DNA of 47,847 nt from an uncultured Ruminococcus sp. (GTDB lineage Bacteria > Bacillota > Clostridia > Oscillospirales > CAG-382): contig CAYOCM010000003.1 of the NCBI GenBank assembly GCA_964402515.1, positions 1 to 47,847 on the forward strand, in the 5' to 3' direction. Below are positions 17,883 to 26,401 of the stretch, one piece after another. The notes below the pieces were generated by a model. It worked only from the letters and a program-made list of their open reading frames with translations, made no database searches and was not told the DNA's origin. Numbering within the stretch: the first letter of the stretch is position 1; the number at the start of each line of letters is the position of its first letter. The position numbers and the translations under genes are program-made.

Positions 17883-20087
17883 ATGACTAAATACGACGGA
17901 TTTATAGGCAAACTGCTTGACAATAAGTACCGCATACTTGATGTTGTCGGTTCGGGCGGCATGGCAGTCGTTCTTAAAGCGGAAGACATAAATATGAAAC
18001 GCCTTGTCGCCATCAAAATACTTAACGACGAATATACCGGCAACGAACAGGCCGAAAAGCGTTTTGCAAACGAGGCAAAAGCCGTTGCCATGCTTTCGCA
18101 TCGCAATATAGTCAGCATTTATGACATCGCTATGTATCCCGATATGAAATATATCGTTATGGAATATCTTGACGGCATAACTCTGCGCGAATATCTTGAC
18201 AACAAGGGCGCATTGCCCTGGAAAGAAGCATTCATCTATGCCTTGCAAATATTGCGAGCGCTTGAGCACGCACACGGCAAAGGTGTTATCCACCGCGATA
18301 TCAAGCCGCAAAACGTTATGCTTTTAAAAAGCGGTGAGATCAAGGTTACCGATTTCGGCATAGCGAAATTGCCGTCAAGCCATTCGCTTACACTTACTCA
18401 AAAGGCGATAGGTACGGTATATTATATCAGTCCCGAGCAGGCATGCGGCAAGAATACCACGTTTGCGTCGGATATATATTCTCTCGGCATCATGCTGTAC
18501 GAGGCGGTTACCGGCGCATTGCCGTTTACCGGCGACAACTCGGTGCAGATAGCCATGCAGCAGGTCAACAACGCACCTCAGGACCCCACCGAATTGGTGC
18601 CTTCTTTGCCTGTCGGCGCAAAACAAATCATATTAAAAGCGCTCGAAAAAGATCCCGCCAATAGATTTTCATCGGCTCACGGCATGGCAAAAGCTATCGA
18701 GTGGTTGCTCAGAAATCCCGATGTCGTATTTGCCGATACGGGATATTCCGATGCCAATGAATACGAAAAAGTTCCCGCCGTGTCGGTTTCGATAGATATG
18801 ATAAACACCACCGATATCGAACCTTACGGACAAACCGAGATAGTAGAGAGCATCGTCGGCGAAAAGCCCAAAACCAAAAAAACAAAAAGCAAAAAAAGCT
18901 GTCGCACGGCTGCAAAAAATGATACCGATTATGAACCGCGAAAGCCGCACAAGAGTCGCTCTATGTTTCCTATTATATCGGGCTCGTTCTTTGCCATTTT
19001 GCTTGTTGCGATAGTTATAGGCATTATGGCGCTTATAACCTGCCTTACTTCGATGGGACTTTTCGGCAATTCGACAAAAACCGAAGAGGGCGTTTTTCCC
19101 GATATTATAGGCAAAGCATATGATGAGCAACTTGTTTCTCAGCTCGAAAACGGTATCTATGGCAAAAATATAAAGATCGACAGTATAAAATACGTCGAAA
19201 ACGACAGATATTCAAGCGGCCAGATAACGGCTACCGAACCGGTTGCGGGTCATACCAGCAAACTTGACGAATCGGGATATCTGCATTTTACGTCGATATC
19301 TGTCTGCAAGCGCGTTGATGACTCTCTTGTTCCGGATGTCAAATATTTAAAAAGCAATACGGCGAAACTTTTATTGCGCGCCGCACCTTATAACTATAAC
19401 GTAAGGATAGAATACGAAGATAATAACGACTTTTTTGAAGACCAAGTTATACGCACTTCGCCCGGTATAGGCGAAATACTTGACGACGGCGGCACGATAA
19501 CACTGTATGTTTGCCGTCACGATACGGCATACACTAAAACGGGCAAGATGCCCGACCTTGCCGAACTTAACGAATCCGAGGCGATCGCAAGAGCGGGATA
19601 CGCACTGTATACCGTCAATGTCACATATCGCCAAACGGGATTTTATGTGCCGGGCACGGTTATCGAGCAGAGCATTGCCGCGGGTGAGGTAAGAGAGATA
19701 AACGGCGTGGATAATGTGGTCACGATAACGGTTGCCGAGGCTGTTACCGATTCACCTATGGAATCGCTTGCCGGCAAGACTTATGCCGAGGCTTTGGAAT
19801 ATCTTGACAGATTGGGCATTACCGTTGAAAGAATCGCGTGCTATTATGTCGAGCAAAACGACATTCTCGCAACATCTTTTGCATACGATTATGACGGTGC
19901 GGTGATGTATGCCGGCTCAAACGGATATATTTCGGCGTTTGCCGACGACGGCACGGTTCCCGATACCGCCGTTATAATAGTCCAAAGTATTCCCGCGCAG
20001 CAACTTGTTACCGAGGGTGACAGCATATCGCTTGTTTTTGCGGTAAGTCCGCAATCGGATATACCTACGGTGAATCCGATTGAATAA
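17883..20087 (+). CDS. prkC: Ser/Thr protein kinase with a TM helix and extracellular PASTA-like repeats
   Basis: 734 aa. GSGGMAVV...VAIKIL, HRDIKPQN, DFGIA and SPEQ. TM segment MFPIISGSFFAILLVAIVIGIMALI, then about 4 repeats of ~65 aa, each beginning (F/V/M)PD. Confidence 0.94.
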   Translation: MTKYDGFIGKLLDNKYRILDVVGSGGMAVVLKAEDINMKRLVAIKILNDEYTGNEQAEKRFANEAKAVAMLSHRNIVSIYDIAMYPDMKYIVMEYLDGITLREYLDNKGALPWKEAFIYALQILRALEHAHGKGVIHRDIKPQNVMLLKSGEIKVTDFGIAKLPSSHSLTLTQKAIGTVYYISPEQACGKNTTFASDIYSLGIMLYEAVTGALPFTGDNSVQIAMQQVNNAPQDPTELVPSLPVGAKQIILKALEKDPANRFSSAHGMAKAIEWLLRNPDVVFADTGYSDANEYEKVPAVSVSIDMINTTDIEPYGQTEIVESIVGEKPKTKKTKSKKSCRTAAKNDTDYEPRKPHKSRSMFPIISGSFFAILLVAIVIGIMALITCLTSMGLFGNSTKTEEGVFPDIIGKAYDEQLVSQLENGIYGKNIKIDSIKYVENDRYSSGQITATEPVAGHTSKLDESGYLHFTSISVCKRVDDSLVPDVKYLKSNTAKLLLRAAPYNYNVRIEYEDNNDFFEDQVIRTSPGIGEILDDGGTITLYVCRHDTAYTKTGKMPDLAELNESEAIARAGYALYTVNVTYRQTGFYVPGTVIEQSIAAGEVREINGVDNVVTITVAEAVTDSPMESLAGKTYAEALEYLDRLGITVERIACYYVEQNDILATSFAYDYDGAVMYAGSNGYISAFADDGTVPDTAVIIVQSIPAQQLVTEGDSISLVFAVSPQSDIPTVNPIE

Positions 20088-20961
20088 GCAAGGCAAGCTC
20101 TTTAAAGGGCAAAACGGACTTTATACGGTTGTCTGCGACGGCAATGTGTTTATGTGCCGCGCCGCAAGCCGTATTCGCAAAGAAGACGGTATAAAATTGC
20201 TTGCGGGCGATGACGTCGTTATAACAGATAACGGCGACGGTACCGGTTTTATCGAGTCGGTGTTGCCGCGCAAAAACAGTTTTATTCGCCCTCAGGTGGC
20301 CAATATCGACCTTGTCGTTATAGTTTCTTCGGGGTGCGACCCCGCGCCGTCTGTGTTGAACATAGATAAAATGTGCTGTGTCGCAGAATCAAAAAACGCC
20401 GATGTCATGCTGATATTTACAAAAAGCGACTTGGGCGGCACCGACAGGCTGCTTGAAATATACAAAAAAACTCCGTATAAGTGTTTTGCTGTAGGTGAAA
20501 ATGATTATAACGCTTTGCCCGAGATAAAAAAAGCGCTTATGGGCAGGCAGGCAGTGCTTGCGGGCGCTTCGGGTGTAGGAAAATCCACGCTTATCAACAC
20601 GCTTTTCGGCGATGCTGACGCCGAGATCGGCGAACTCAGCCGCAAGATAATGCGCGGCAAAAATACCACTCGCGTCACAGAACTTTATGCGCGTGACGGC
20701 TGTCTGTTGGCTGACAGCCCGGGATTCGGACTTTTGGACTATGAAAAATGTCTTGATGCCGACAGACATGAACTTATACGGCTTTTTCCCGAGATGAGCG
20801 ACCTTGCCGATGAATGCAGATTTACAAAATGCACTCATACCAAAGAACTCGGTTGCGCGGTCATCGCTGCCGTAAACGATGGCATTATCGCCGTCGAACG
20901 GCACCTGAGTTATTGCAGTCTTTATGAGGTTGCAAGATCGATCAGGCATTATAATACATAA
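20080..20961 (+). CDS. rsgA: Ribosome small-subunit-dependent GTPase A
   Basis: 293 aa. TTG start overlaps the prkC stop. G1 motif LAGASGVGKSTLIN and zinc motif CRFTKCTHTKELGCAV. The N-terminal OB region aligns from the first residues, which supports the TTG start. Confidence 0.9.
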   Translation: MNKQGKLFKGQNGLYTVVCDGNVFMCRAASRIRKEDGIKLLAGDDVVITDNGDGTGFIESVLPRKNSFIRPQVANIDLVVIVSSGCDPAPSVLNIDKMCCVAESKNADVMLIFTKSDLGGTDRLLEIYKKTPYKCFAVGENDYNALPEIKKALMGRQAVLAGASGVGKSTLINTLFGDADAEIGELSRKIMRGKNTTRVTELYARDGCLLADSPGFGLLDYEKCLDADRHELIRLFPEMSDLADECRFTKCTHTKELGCAVIAAVNDGIIAVERHLSYCSLYEVARSIRHYNT

Positions 20962-20970
20962 GGAGCGGTT

Positions 20971-21609
20971 ATGTTTTTGGGGTTTTATAATCTTGCCAAT
21001 TTTATGACTCTTTTGGGGCTTGCAAGTTCTGTCACCGCAATTTTTGCCGCTGTGGCGCTTGACTTTAAATTGGCGGTATTGCTGTTTGCTTTTGCGGGTG
21101 TGTGCGACAGCCTTGACGGCAAACTTGCACGTAACCGAACAGATAACGGCGATCCTCGCAAGGCCGTATACGGCGTTATGCTCGATTCGCTTTGCGACCT
21201 TATCAGTTTCGGCGTAACGCCTTGCGTGATAGCCTATGCCTTCGGCAATAAAACGGCAATAGATATGGTAATATATCTGCTGTTTATAACCTGCGGATGC
21301 ATAAGGCTTGCATATTATAATACACGTGCGCTTTGCTCGGACGGCAAAGTAAGCGGATTTGTGGGCGTTCCGATAACCACATCGGTAGTTGTATTTCCGC
21401 TTATAATAATGCTTGCTATGTTTATTCCGCCGGTCATTATATCTTATATATTGCGCATATTCTTTGTGCTTTTGGGCGCGGCGTTTATACTTAAAGTCAA
21501 AGTCAAGAGGCTGTCGGTTAAAAAAATGCTGTTTTTTGTTTTGATTTCTACTTTCGCGATAGGGTTGATGTTTGCGCTCGGCGATGTGCCGATAAACTAT
21601 TTGCAATAA
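20971..21609 (+). CDS. pssA: CDP-alcohol phosphatidyltransferase (probable phosphatidylserine synthase)
   Basis: 212 aa membrane protein. Motif D-G-x2-A-R...G-x3-D-x3-D appears as CDSLDGKLAR...GVMLDSLCD. RBS AAGGAG upstream. Confidence 0.8.
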   Translation: MFLGFYNLANFMTLLGLASSVTAIFAAVALDFKLAVLLFAFAGVCDSLDGKLARNRTDNGDPRKAVYGVMLDSLCDLISFGVTPCVIAYAFGNKTAIDMVIYLLFITCGCIRLAYYNTRALCSDGKVSGFVGVPITTSVVVFPLIIMLAMFIPPVIISYILRIFFVLLGAAFILKVKVKRLSVKKMLFFVLISTFAIGLMFALGDVPINYLQ

Positions 21610-21613
21610 GCAA

Positions 21614-21645
21614 AAAGACCTTTTGGCTGCTGCCAAAAGGTCTTT
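21614..21645. terminator. Bidirectional rho-independent terminator between the convergent pssA and ASKHA genes
   Basis: 14-bp perfect stem AAAGACCTTTTGGC / GCCAAAAGGTCTTT with loop TGCT and A/T runs on both flanks. Confidence 0.85.
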
Positions 21646-21651
21646 GATCTT

Positions 21652-23079
21652 TTATATACCGTCAAAATAGAGTGAGTCGGTAAACAGGTCGTTAAAGTCT
21701 TTATATGATGTGAGGTCAAGGTATTCTGCGGTGCTCGCGATATCAAATGCTTTTTTTTGCATTTTTTCGCCGGTCAGCATCATTGCGGCACCTTTTACGG
21801 CGGCATTGCCGATCGCGACGGTTTTATCGGACAGTTTGCGGGGTATCATGCCGACGTCACATGCCGAACCAACATCTATGCTGCTGCCGAATCCGCCTGC
21901 AAGATATAATACGTCGATATCGTCAAATGTCATGTTCAAATGTTTTGTCAGTGCCTTGATTCCCGAGATGATCGCGGCCTTTGCAAGCTGTACCGCGCGC
22001 ACATCGGCGGGGGTAAGCTCGATGCCCGCTATATAAACGCTGCCTTCCATATGTCCCTCGGATGATATATCTCCGCGTTTTATAAGGCATGAAATCGCAT
22101 CCGTAAGTCCGCTGCCGCAAAATCCCAAAGCTGCGGTATTGCCGATGACGTCATATTCAAAACAGTTTGTTTTGCCGAGACGCACAGAGTATATCGCACC
22201 GTTTGCCGCGGGCATTCCGTTTTTGATACCGTATCCTTCAAAACACGGGCCGGCAGCGGCAGAACATACGGCGAGCCTTTTGCCGTCAAACAGTGCGATC
22301 TCGCAGTTTGTGCCTATGTCACAGAGCATAGCCGGAGCGCCCGACGTTATATCGCATGCAAGCATTGCGGCGGTCAGGTCGGAGCCGGCAAATCCGTGTA
22401 TGCATTTAGGATAATAATCGGTGCCTATGTTTTTGCCGAAATATTCGGGCGTTTTATAAGGGGCACAGCCGAGCGACGACGGATCTGCCGACGTATACAT
22501 CAGCATCATTGCCGTGTTGCCCACTATTACCCGTTTTGTCGCGTCGGACGTCATAGCGCTTATAAGGGTTTTTACGGATGTGTGCAGATCGTGTACACCG
22601 TTCTGTGAGCAATAACGTATGCGCGAGATAACATCATCACCGTATATTCGCTGCGGATTGATCGCGGTACTGTGCGATATCTGTCTGCCGGTGTGCAGGT
22701 CATAACCCGTGACGGCTATGGTAGTTGTGCCTATATCGACTGCATAGCCTATGCCGTTTTTATCTGTCGCCGGTATGTTAAAATCGTCCGGTATCGCTGT
22801 TTTTATGTCGAATTTCACATCCGGCAGTGTTACGGTGCAATCGCCGTCGATTATCGCACGGCACGCAAGTCGCATATGCGGCTTGCCTTTCAATACATTC
22901 GCTTCGTCATATGACATGGGCAAAAAATTTCCGTCGCATATCACCGCACATTTGCCGCATTTGGCGTTTCCTCCGCAGCCGAGATGTGTTTTTATGCCTG
23001 CCGCGGTCAAAACATCGCACAACAGATCGCCTTTTTTTGCCGAGTATTTTTTATCGTTGATTTTTACGGTTACATTCAT
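21652..23079 (-). CDS. 2Fe-2S ferredoxin domain fused to an ASKHA ATPase domain (RACo / DUF4445-like corrinoid-activation family)
   Basis: 475 aa from ATG 23079. N-terminus MNVTVKINDKKY...LGCGGNAKCGKCAV...LACRA (plant-type 2Fe-2S Cys pattern). ASKHA phosphate-1 motif GYAVDIGTTTIAV, later CDIGTNCEIAL and LYLAGGFGS. The ORF-track start at 23106 lies inside the terminator hairpin. Confidence 0.8.
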   Translation of the reverse strand: MNVTVKINDKKYSAKKGDLLCDVLTAAGIKTHLGCGGNAKCGKCAVICDGNFLPMSYDEANVLKGKPHMRLACRAIIDGDCTVTLPDVKFDIKTAIPDDFNIPATDKNGIGYAVDIGTTTIAVTGYDLHTGRQISHSTAINPQRIYGDDVISRIRYCSQNGVHDLHTSVKTLISAMTSDATKRVIVGNTAMMLMYTSADPSSLGCAPYKTPEYFGKNIGTDYYPKCIHGFAGSDLTAAMLACDITSGAPAMLCDIGTNCEIALFDGKRLAVCSAAAGPCFEGYGIKNGMPAANGAIYSVRLGKTNCFEYDVIGNTAALGFCGSGLTDAISCLIKRGDISSEGHMEGSVYIAGIELTPADVRAVQLAKAAIISGIKALTKHLNMTFDDIDVLYLAGGFGSSIDVGSACDVGMIPRKLSDKTVAIGNAAVKGAAMMLTGEKMQKKAFDIASTAEYLDLTSYKDFNDLFTDSLYFDGI

Positions 23080-23093
23080 AATGTTTATTAAGC

Positions 23094-23120
23094 AAAAGCC
23101 GCGCATCGCGCGGCTTTTTT
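23094..23120 (-). terminator. Rho-independent terminator after the lipoprotein gene
   Basis: AAAA-GCCGCGC-ATC-GCGCGGC-TTTTTT. 7-bp GC stem with a 3-nt loop, U-tract on both strands, 24 nt beyond the stop at 23144. Confidence 0.75.
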
Positions 23121-23143
23121 AAGTTTGATCGTTATTTTCGAGA

Positions 23144-23806
23144 TCAGCCTATCGTTACGCTGCCGTCGGCGGCAATGATTATCTTGCCGATTGCCTCCAT
23201 AACGCCTATTTCCACTCCGCCGTAAGTGCCGTTAAAAGGCCATGTGGCACCGACATCAAACGTCAGCGTGCCGTCGGAATCGCGTGTAAGCGTGCGGCTT
23301 TGGGTAACAAAGTCAAACTCGATCTTTTCGTCGTAATTTTCAAGCACGGGTGTCGAATATGCAAATTTTTTGTCGCCGATGATTACCGTACCCGAGTTGT
23401 TGCGTGCCGATGCCGAAATGCTGTAGCACGAAAGTTTTACGTCGACCGTAACCGAAACATCAAGCTCGCTTGACGATATCACCGTTACATAGGCGATCAG
23501 ATCGCAATGGCAGCCGTAATCGGTTGAAAATGTGTGCTTATAGTCTACGCTGCCTATTTGTGCGGGTGAGGTCGACGATGAATTGTCGGAAGAAACACCG
23601 TCGGCAGACGACTCTGCATCGGGAACCGATGAGTCGCCGCTGTCATCCGAAGGAGTCGGCGGTGTCGAAGGAGAATAAGGCGATGTTGAAATACTTGACG
23701 ATTCATCGGGTGAAGGTTCCGACGAAGTATCTTGTTGATCGGGTGCGCAGGCGGCAAATGCCGCAATCAATGCTGCCAGCAATAACAGCGCGATAAGTTT
23801 TTTCAT
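23144..23806 (-). CDS. Lipoprotein with a Ser/Pro/Asp-rich linker and a beta-rich C-terminal domain, unknown function
   Basis: 220 aa. Signal peptide plus lipobox MKKLIALLLLAALIAAFAAC. About 70 aa of low complexity (SSEPSPDESSSISTSPYSPSTPPTPSDDSGDSS...). Confidence 0.8.
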   Translation of the reverse strand: MKKLIALLLLAALIAAFAACAPDQQDTSSEPSPDESSSISTSPYSPSTPPTPSDDSGDSSVPDAESSADGVSSDNSSSTSPAQIGSVDYKHTFSTDYGCHCDLIAYVTVISSSELDVSVTVDVKLSCYSISASARNNSGTVIIGDKKFAYSTPVLENYDEKIEFDFVTQSRTLTRDSDGTLTFDVGATWPFNGTYGGVEIGVMEAIGKIIIAADGSVTIG

Positions 23807-23873
23807 AAAATTTCACCTTAAAAACAGTTGTGATTTTATTGACACAAGGATATTTTTGCCTTTTGTATACTTA

Positions 23874-23902
23874 ATAATAGCATATAAACGGCGATAAATC
23901 AA
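23874..23902 (-). promoter_or_regulatory. Sigma-A type promoter for the lipoprotein gene
   Basis: On the minus strand: TTGATT (23902-23897), 17 nt spacer, TATTAT (23879-23874). Confidence 0.45.
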
Positions 23903-23943
23903 CAGCATTAATATAAAAAATTAAGACGTTATTTGACAAATCG

Positions 23944-25149
23944 TTATATAAACTCTTTTACAGCCTCTGCAAGTTCGGCGCGTGGCAAGCCGATTATGTT
24001 TGTAAGACTGCCGTCAAAACGTCTGACAAGTCTTTTGCCTATACCCTGCACGGCATACGCTCCCGCTTTGTCAAGCGGTTCGCCCGTAGCGATATAGTCG
24101 TATATCTCTTTGTCGCCGTATTCGCGCATATATACGACCGAGTCACAGCAGAATGTTTTAAAAACTCCGTTTTTTGCCAAACAAACCGCCGTGCTTACCG
24201 TGTTGGTCTTGCCGGAAAGCGCTTTAAGCATTCTGAATGCGTCGGATTTGTCTTTTGGCTTGCCCAAAGGTTCGCCGTCATGAGCGAATACCATAGTGTC
24301 CGCCGCGATAACAAGTTCGCTTTGATGTATGTTTGCGGTTGCCTCGGCCTTTGAAACGGCTATATTTTGCATGGCTTCCAAGCGTGTCAGCGATGCGTCA
24401 AAGGCTTTTTCGGTGGGGGACGGAATTATATCAAAACATATGTGCATCGAGTTTAAAACATCGCGCCTGCGCGGAGATGCCGACGCCAAAATAACATGCG
24501 GCTTTTTTAGCATTACAAAGCATTCGTCACAAAGCAAATGTGTCTGCCTGTCTTCGCCGGCTTTCAATTTGTTTAAAAGATCTTTTTGTGCGTTTTTTAT
24601 ATAAAGGTCAAACGCATCGTTTTGGGGACGCACGGTTCCGAATCTGCAATCCGATGCATCGTATGCGCGCGCATATCCGCTGTATTTTGCGCACATGATA
24701 CAATAGGCGCGGTCTTGCTCGCTTACAAACGTTTCGCCCACAATGCAAAAGCCGTTGTCCCACAGCCACGCTCTTACCGTATGAGCAAAAGTCTGCGGTT
24801 GCAATATCAAAAGCGTGCTTTTAAGGTCTTTGGCGTTTGAAAGTATATGCGTCATAGTTTCGCCGCCCATGCCGCATATAGCCGCCGTGTCTATGCACGA
24901 CGTATCAAGCGAATCAAACCCGTCCGAAAGCACAAAACTCAGTCTGTCCGAATATTCCGAGCCGTTTTGTACGGCCCTTTCAAGCGGGCCTTTGCGTATA
25001 TCGGCGGCGATCGCTTTTTTTGCTCTGCCCGTTTCAAGTGCGGCTATCGCAAGATATGCATGGTCGGTGCCTATGTCGGCAAAAAGATCGGTGTCTTTTA
25101 TGTATCTCAGCGCCGCGTCAAGTCGCGGTGAAAGTTTTTGATATGCCAT
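23944..25149 (-). CDS. Fusion protein: tRNA (adenine22-N1)-methyltransferase TrmK domain plus Maf nucleoside-triphosphate pyrophosphatase domain
   Basis: 401 aa from ATG 25149, with GAGGAA 7 nt upstream. Aa 1-~215 are TrmK-like (KLSPRLDAALRYI...FADIGTDHAYLAIAAL...ICGMGGETM...LILQPQ). Aa ~216-401 are Maf-like (ILASASPRRRDVL...IAADTMV...GKPKD...LSGKTNTVSTAV...DKAGAYAVQG). There is no stop codon between the two halves. Confidence 0.85.
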   Translation of the reverse strand: MAYQKLSPRLDAALRYIKDTDLFADIGTDHAYLAIAALETGRAKKAIAADIRKGPLERAVQNGSEYSDRLSFVLSDGFDSLDTSCIDTAAICGMGGETMTHILSNAKDLKSTLLILQPQTFAHTVRAWLWDNGFCIVGETFVSEQDRAYCIMCAKYSGYARAYDASDCRFGTVRPQNDAFDLYIKNAQKDLLNKLKAGEDRQTHLLCDECFVMLKKPHVILASASPRRRDVLNSMHICFDIIPSPTEKAFDASLTRLEAMQNIAVSKAEATANIHQSELVIAADTMVFAHDGEPLGKPKDKSDAFRMLKALSGKTNTVSTAVCLAKNGVFKTFCCDSVVYMREYGDKEIYDYIATGEPLDKAGAYAVQGIGKRLVRRFDGSLTNIIGLPRAELAEAVKEFI

Positions 25150-25184
25150 ATCGTTATTCCTCATATATGCGTTTATTTCGACCG

Positions 25185-25205
25185 TGCCCCTGCACAGCAG
25201 GGGCA
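25185..25205 (-). other. Intergenic stem-loop between the small membrane ORF and trmK-maf
   Basis: TGCCCCTG-CACAG-CAGGGGCA, an 8-bp stem. No U-tract follows on the minus strand, so it is not a canonical terminator. Confidence 0.4.
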
Positions 25206-25210
25206 TAGAC

Positions 25211-25390
25211 TTATACCGACAGTGTTTTTTCGAGTGTTTTAAATGCCTGTTTTGCTTTGTCGGCTATTGTGCTGCGGCGCTTTTTTGCGGCACATACCGT
25301 GATGCACACGACCGCGGCGCCCGCTATAATGCCCATAATATGCCCCGCGACAAGAGCGGTGCAGCAGATCTTTTTATCCGCCAAAATCAT
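25211..25390 (-). CDS. Small single-pass membrane protein, unknown function
   Basis: 59 aa from ATG 25390 (MILADKKICCTALVAGHIMGIIAGAAVVCITVCAAKKRR...). GAAGGGAG lies 4 nt upstream. One hydrophobic helix followed by a basic/amphipathic tail. Confidence 0.5.
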   Translation of the reverse strand: MILADKKICCTALVAGHIMGIIAGAAVVCITVCAAKKRRSTIADKAKQAFKTLEKTLSV

Positions 25391-25434
25391 CAACTCCCTT
25401 CGCAAGGTAGTATTTACAAAAACAATACAACGAT

Positions 25435-25463
25435 ATACTACCACATTTTGCAGATTAATTCAA
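25435..25463 (-). promoter_or_regulatory. Sigma-A type promoter for the small ORF / trmK-maf
   Basis: On the minus strand: TTGAAT (25463-25458), 17 nt spacer, TAGTAT (25440-25435), with an extended -10 TG. Confidence 0.45.
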
Positions 25464-25471
25464 ATATTTTC

Positions 25472-25500
25472 TTGATTTTTGCGTCATGCGGTGATATTAT
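25472..25500 (+). promoter_or_regulatory. Sigma-A type promoter for yitT
   Basis: TTGATT (25472-25477), 17 nt spacer, TATTAT (25495-25500), with TG at 25492-25493. Divergent from the 25435-25463 promoter. Confidence 0.5.
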
Positions 25501-25533
25501 ATCTGTGCTATAAGACGAAAGGTGTCTGTTGTA

Positions 25534-26379
25534 ATGAAAAAGTTTGTGCGCGAGAGTGCTTTTATAGTGGTAGGTACATTGCTCAATGCCATCGGCATAT
25601 ATTTTTTTAAGATGCCGAATCATTTTACTACGGGCGGAGTTAGCGGCGTTTCAATGCTTTTAAACGGCGTTTTGGGTGTCGACACGGCGATAACGATGAC
25701 CGTAATCAATATTGCCTTGCTTTTTGTGGGATTTATCTTTTTAGGCAAAGGCTGCGGCGCAAAAGTCGTTATAGGCACTTTATTTTATTCGGGCTTTACG
25801 TTGCTGTTTGAGCAGCTTTATCCCGCCGAAAATCTGCCGTTTACGGGAAACACGTTGCTTGAATTGATATTTGCTATAATGTTGCCCGCCATAGGTACCG
25901 CTATGCTGTTTAACGTCGATTCGTCGACCGGCGGCACCGATATTATCGCGATGATAATAAAAAAATATACGGGTGCAGATTCGGGTACCGCGCTTTTGTG
26001 TGCCGATGCCGTTATTGCCGCACTCGGTTTCTTTGTATTCGGTATTGAAGCCGGGCTGCTTTCGGTGCTCGGCCTCGGACTCAGATCGCTCGTTGTTGAT
26101 TCTGTGATCGAAAGTATTAATATGTGCAAATATTTTACCATAGTGACCACAAAGCCCGACATTATCAGCGAAAGCCTGTTTGCCGCAATGGATCACAGCG
26201 TTACCGTGCTTGATGCACGCGGTGCATACAGCGGCGCCGAAAAGACCGTGTTGCTTATAGTCTGCCGTCGCAGTGAGGCAATGCAACTTAAAAAACTGGT
26301 TAAGGCAGCCGACCCCGGTGCGTTTATGATGATAACCAATTCGTCTGAAATAATCGGCAAAGGTTTTAGGGATGCCTGA
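25534..26379 (+). CDS. yitT: YitT family membrane protein (DUF2179 C-terminal domain)
   Basis: 281 aa from ATG 25534, with GAAAGG upstream. IVVGTLLNAIGIYFFKMPNHFTTGGVSGVS is typical of YitT. The soluble C-terminal domain reads TIVTTKPDIISESL...VTVLDARGAYSG... Confidence 0.85.
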   Translation: MKKFVRESAFIVVGTLLNAIGIYFFKMPNHFTTGGVSGVSMLLNGVLGVDTAITMTVINIALLFVGFIFLGKGCGAKVVIGTLFYSGFTLLFEQLYPAENLPFTGNTLLELIFAIMLPAIGTAMLFNVDSSTGGTDIIAMIIKKYTGADSGTALLCADAVIAALGFFVFGIEAGLLSVLGLGLRSLVVDSVIESINMCKYFTIVTTKPDIISESLFAAMDHSVTVLDARGAYSGAEKTVLLIVCRRSEAMQLKKLVKAADPGAFMMITNSSEIIGKGFRDA

Positions 26380-26401
26380 CACAAATTAATGCAAAAAGGT
26401 G

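Noticed and set aside
20389-21636. 415-aa minus-strand ORF overlapping rsgA and pssA
   Set aside because: The explanation is the same: it is codon-aligned antisense to two same-frame genes. The product is a Tyr/Lys/Arg-rich nonsense-like sequence with no RBS. The sense-strand genes have clear family motifs.
23080-23106. Longer start (ATG 23106) for the ASKHA/2Fe-2S gene
   Set aside because: That ATG lies inside the loop and stem of the terminator hairpin of the upstream lipoprotein gene (23098-23114). The ferredoxin domain aligns from MNVTVKIN at 23079.
23839-23870. Plus-strand TTGACA ... TATACT in the 23807-23943 intergenic region
   Set aside because: The spacer is 21 nt, and there is no plus-strand gene downstream, since the next genes are on the minus strand.
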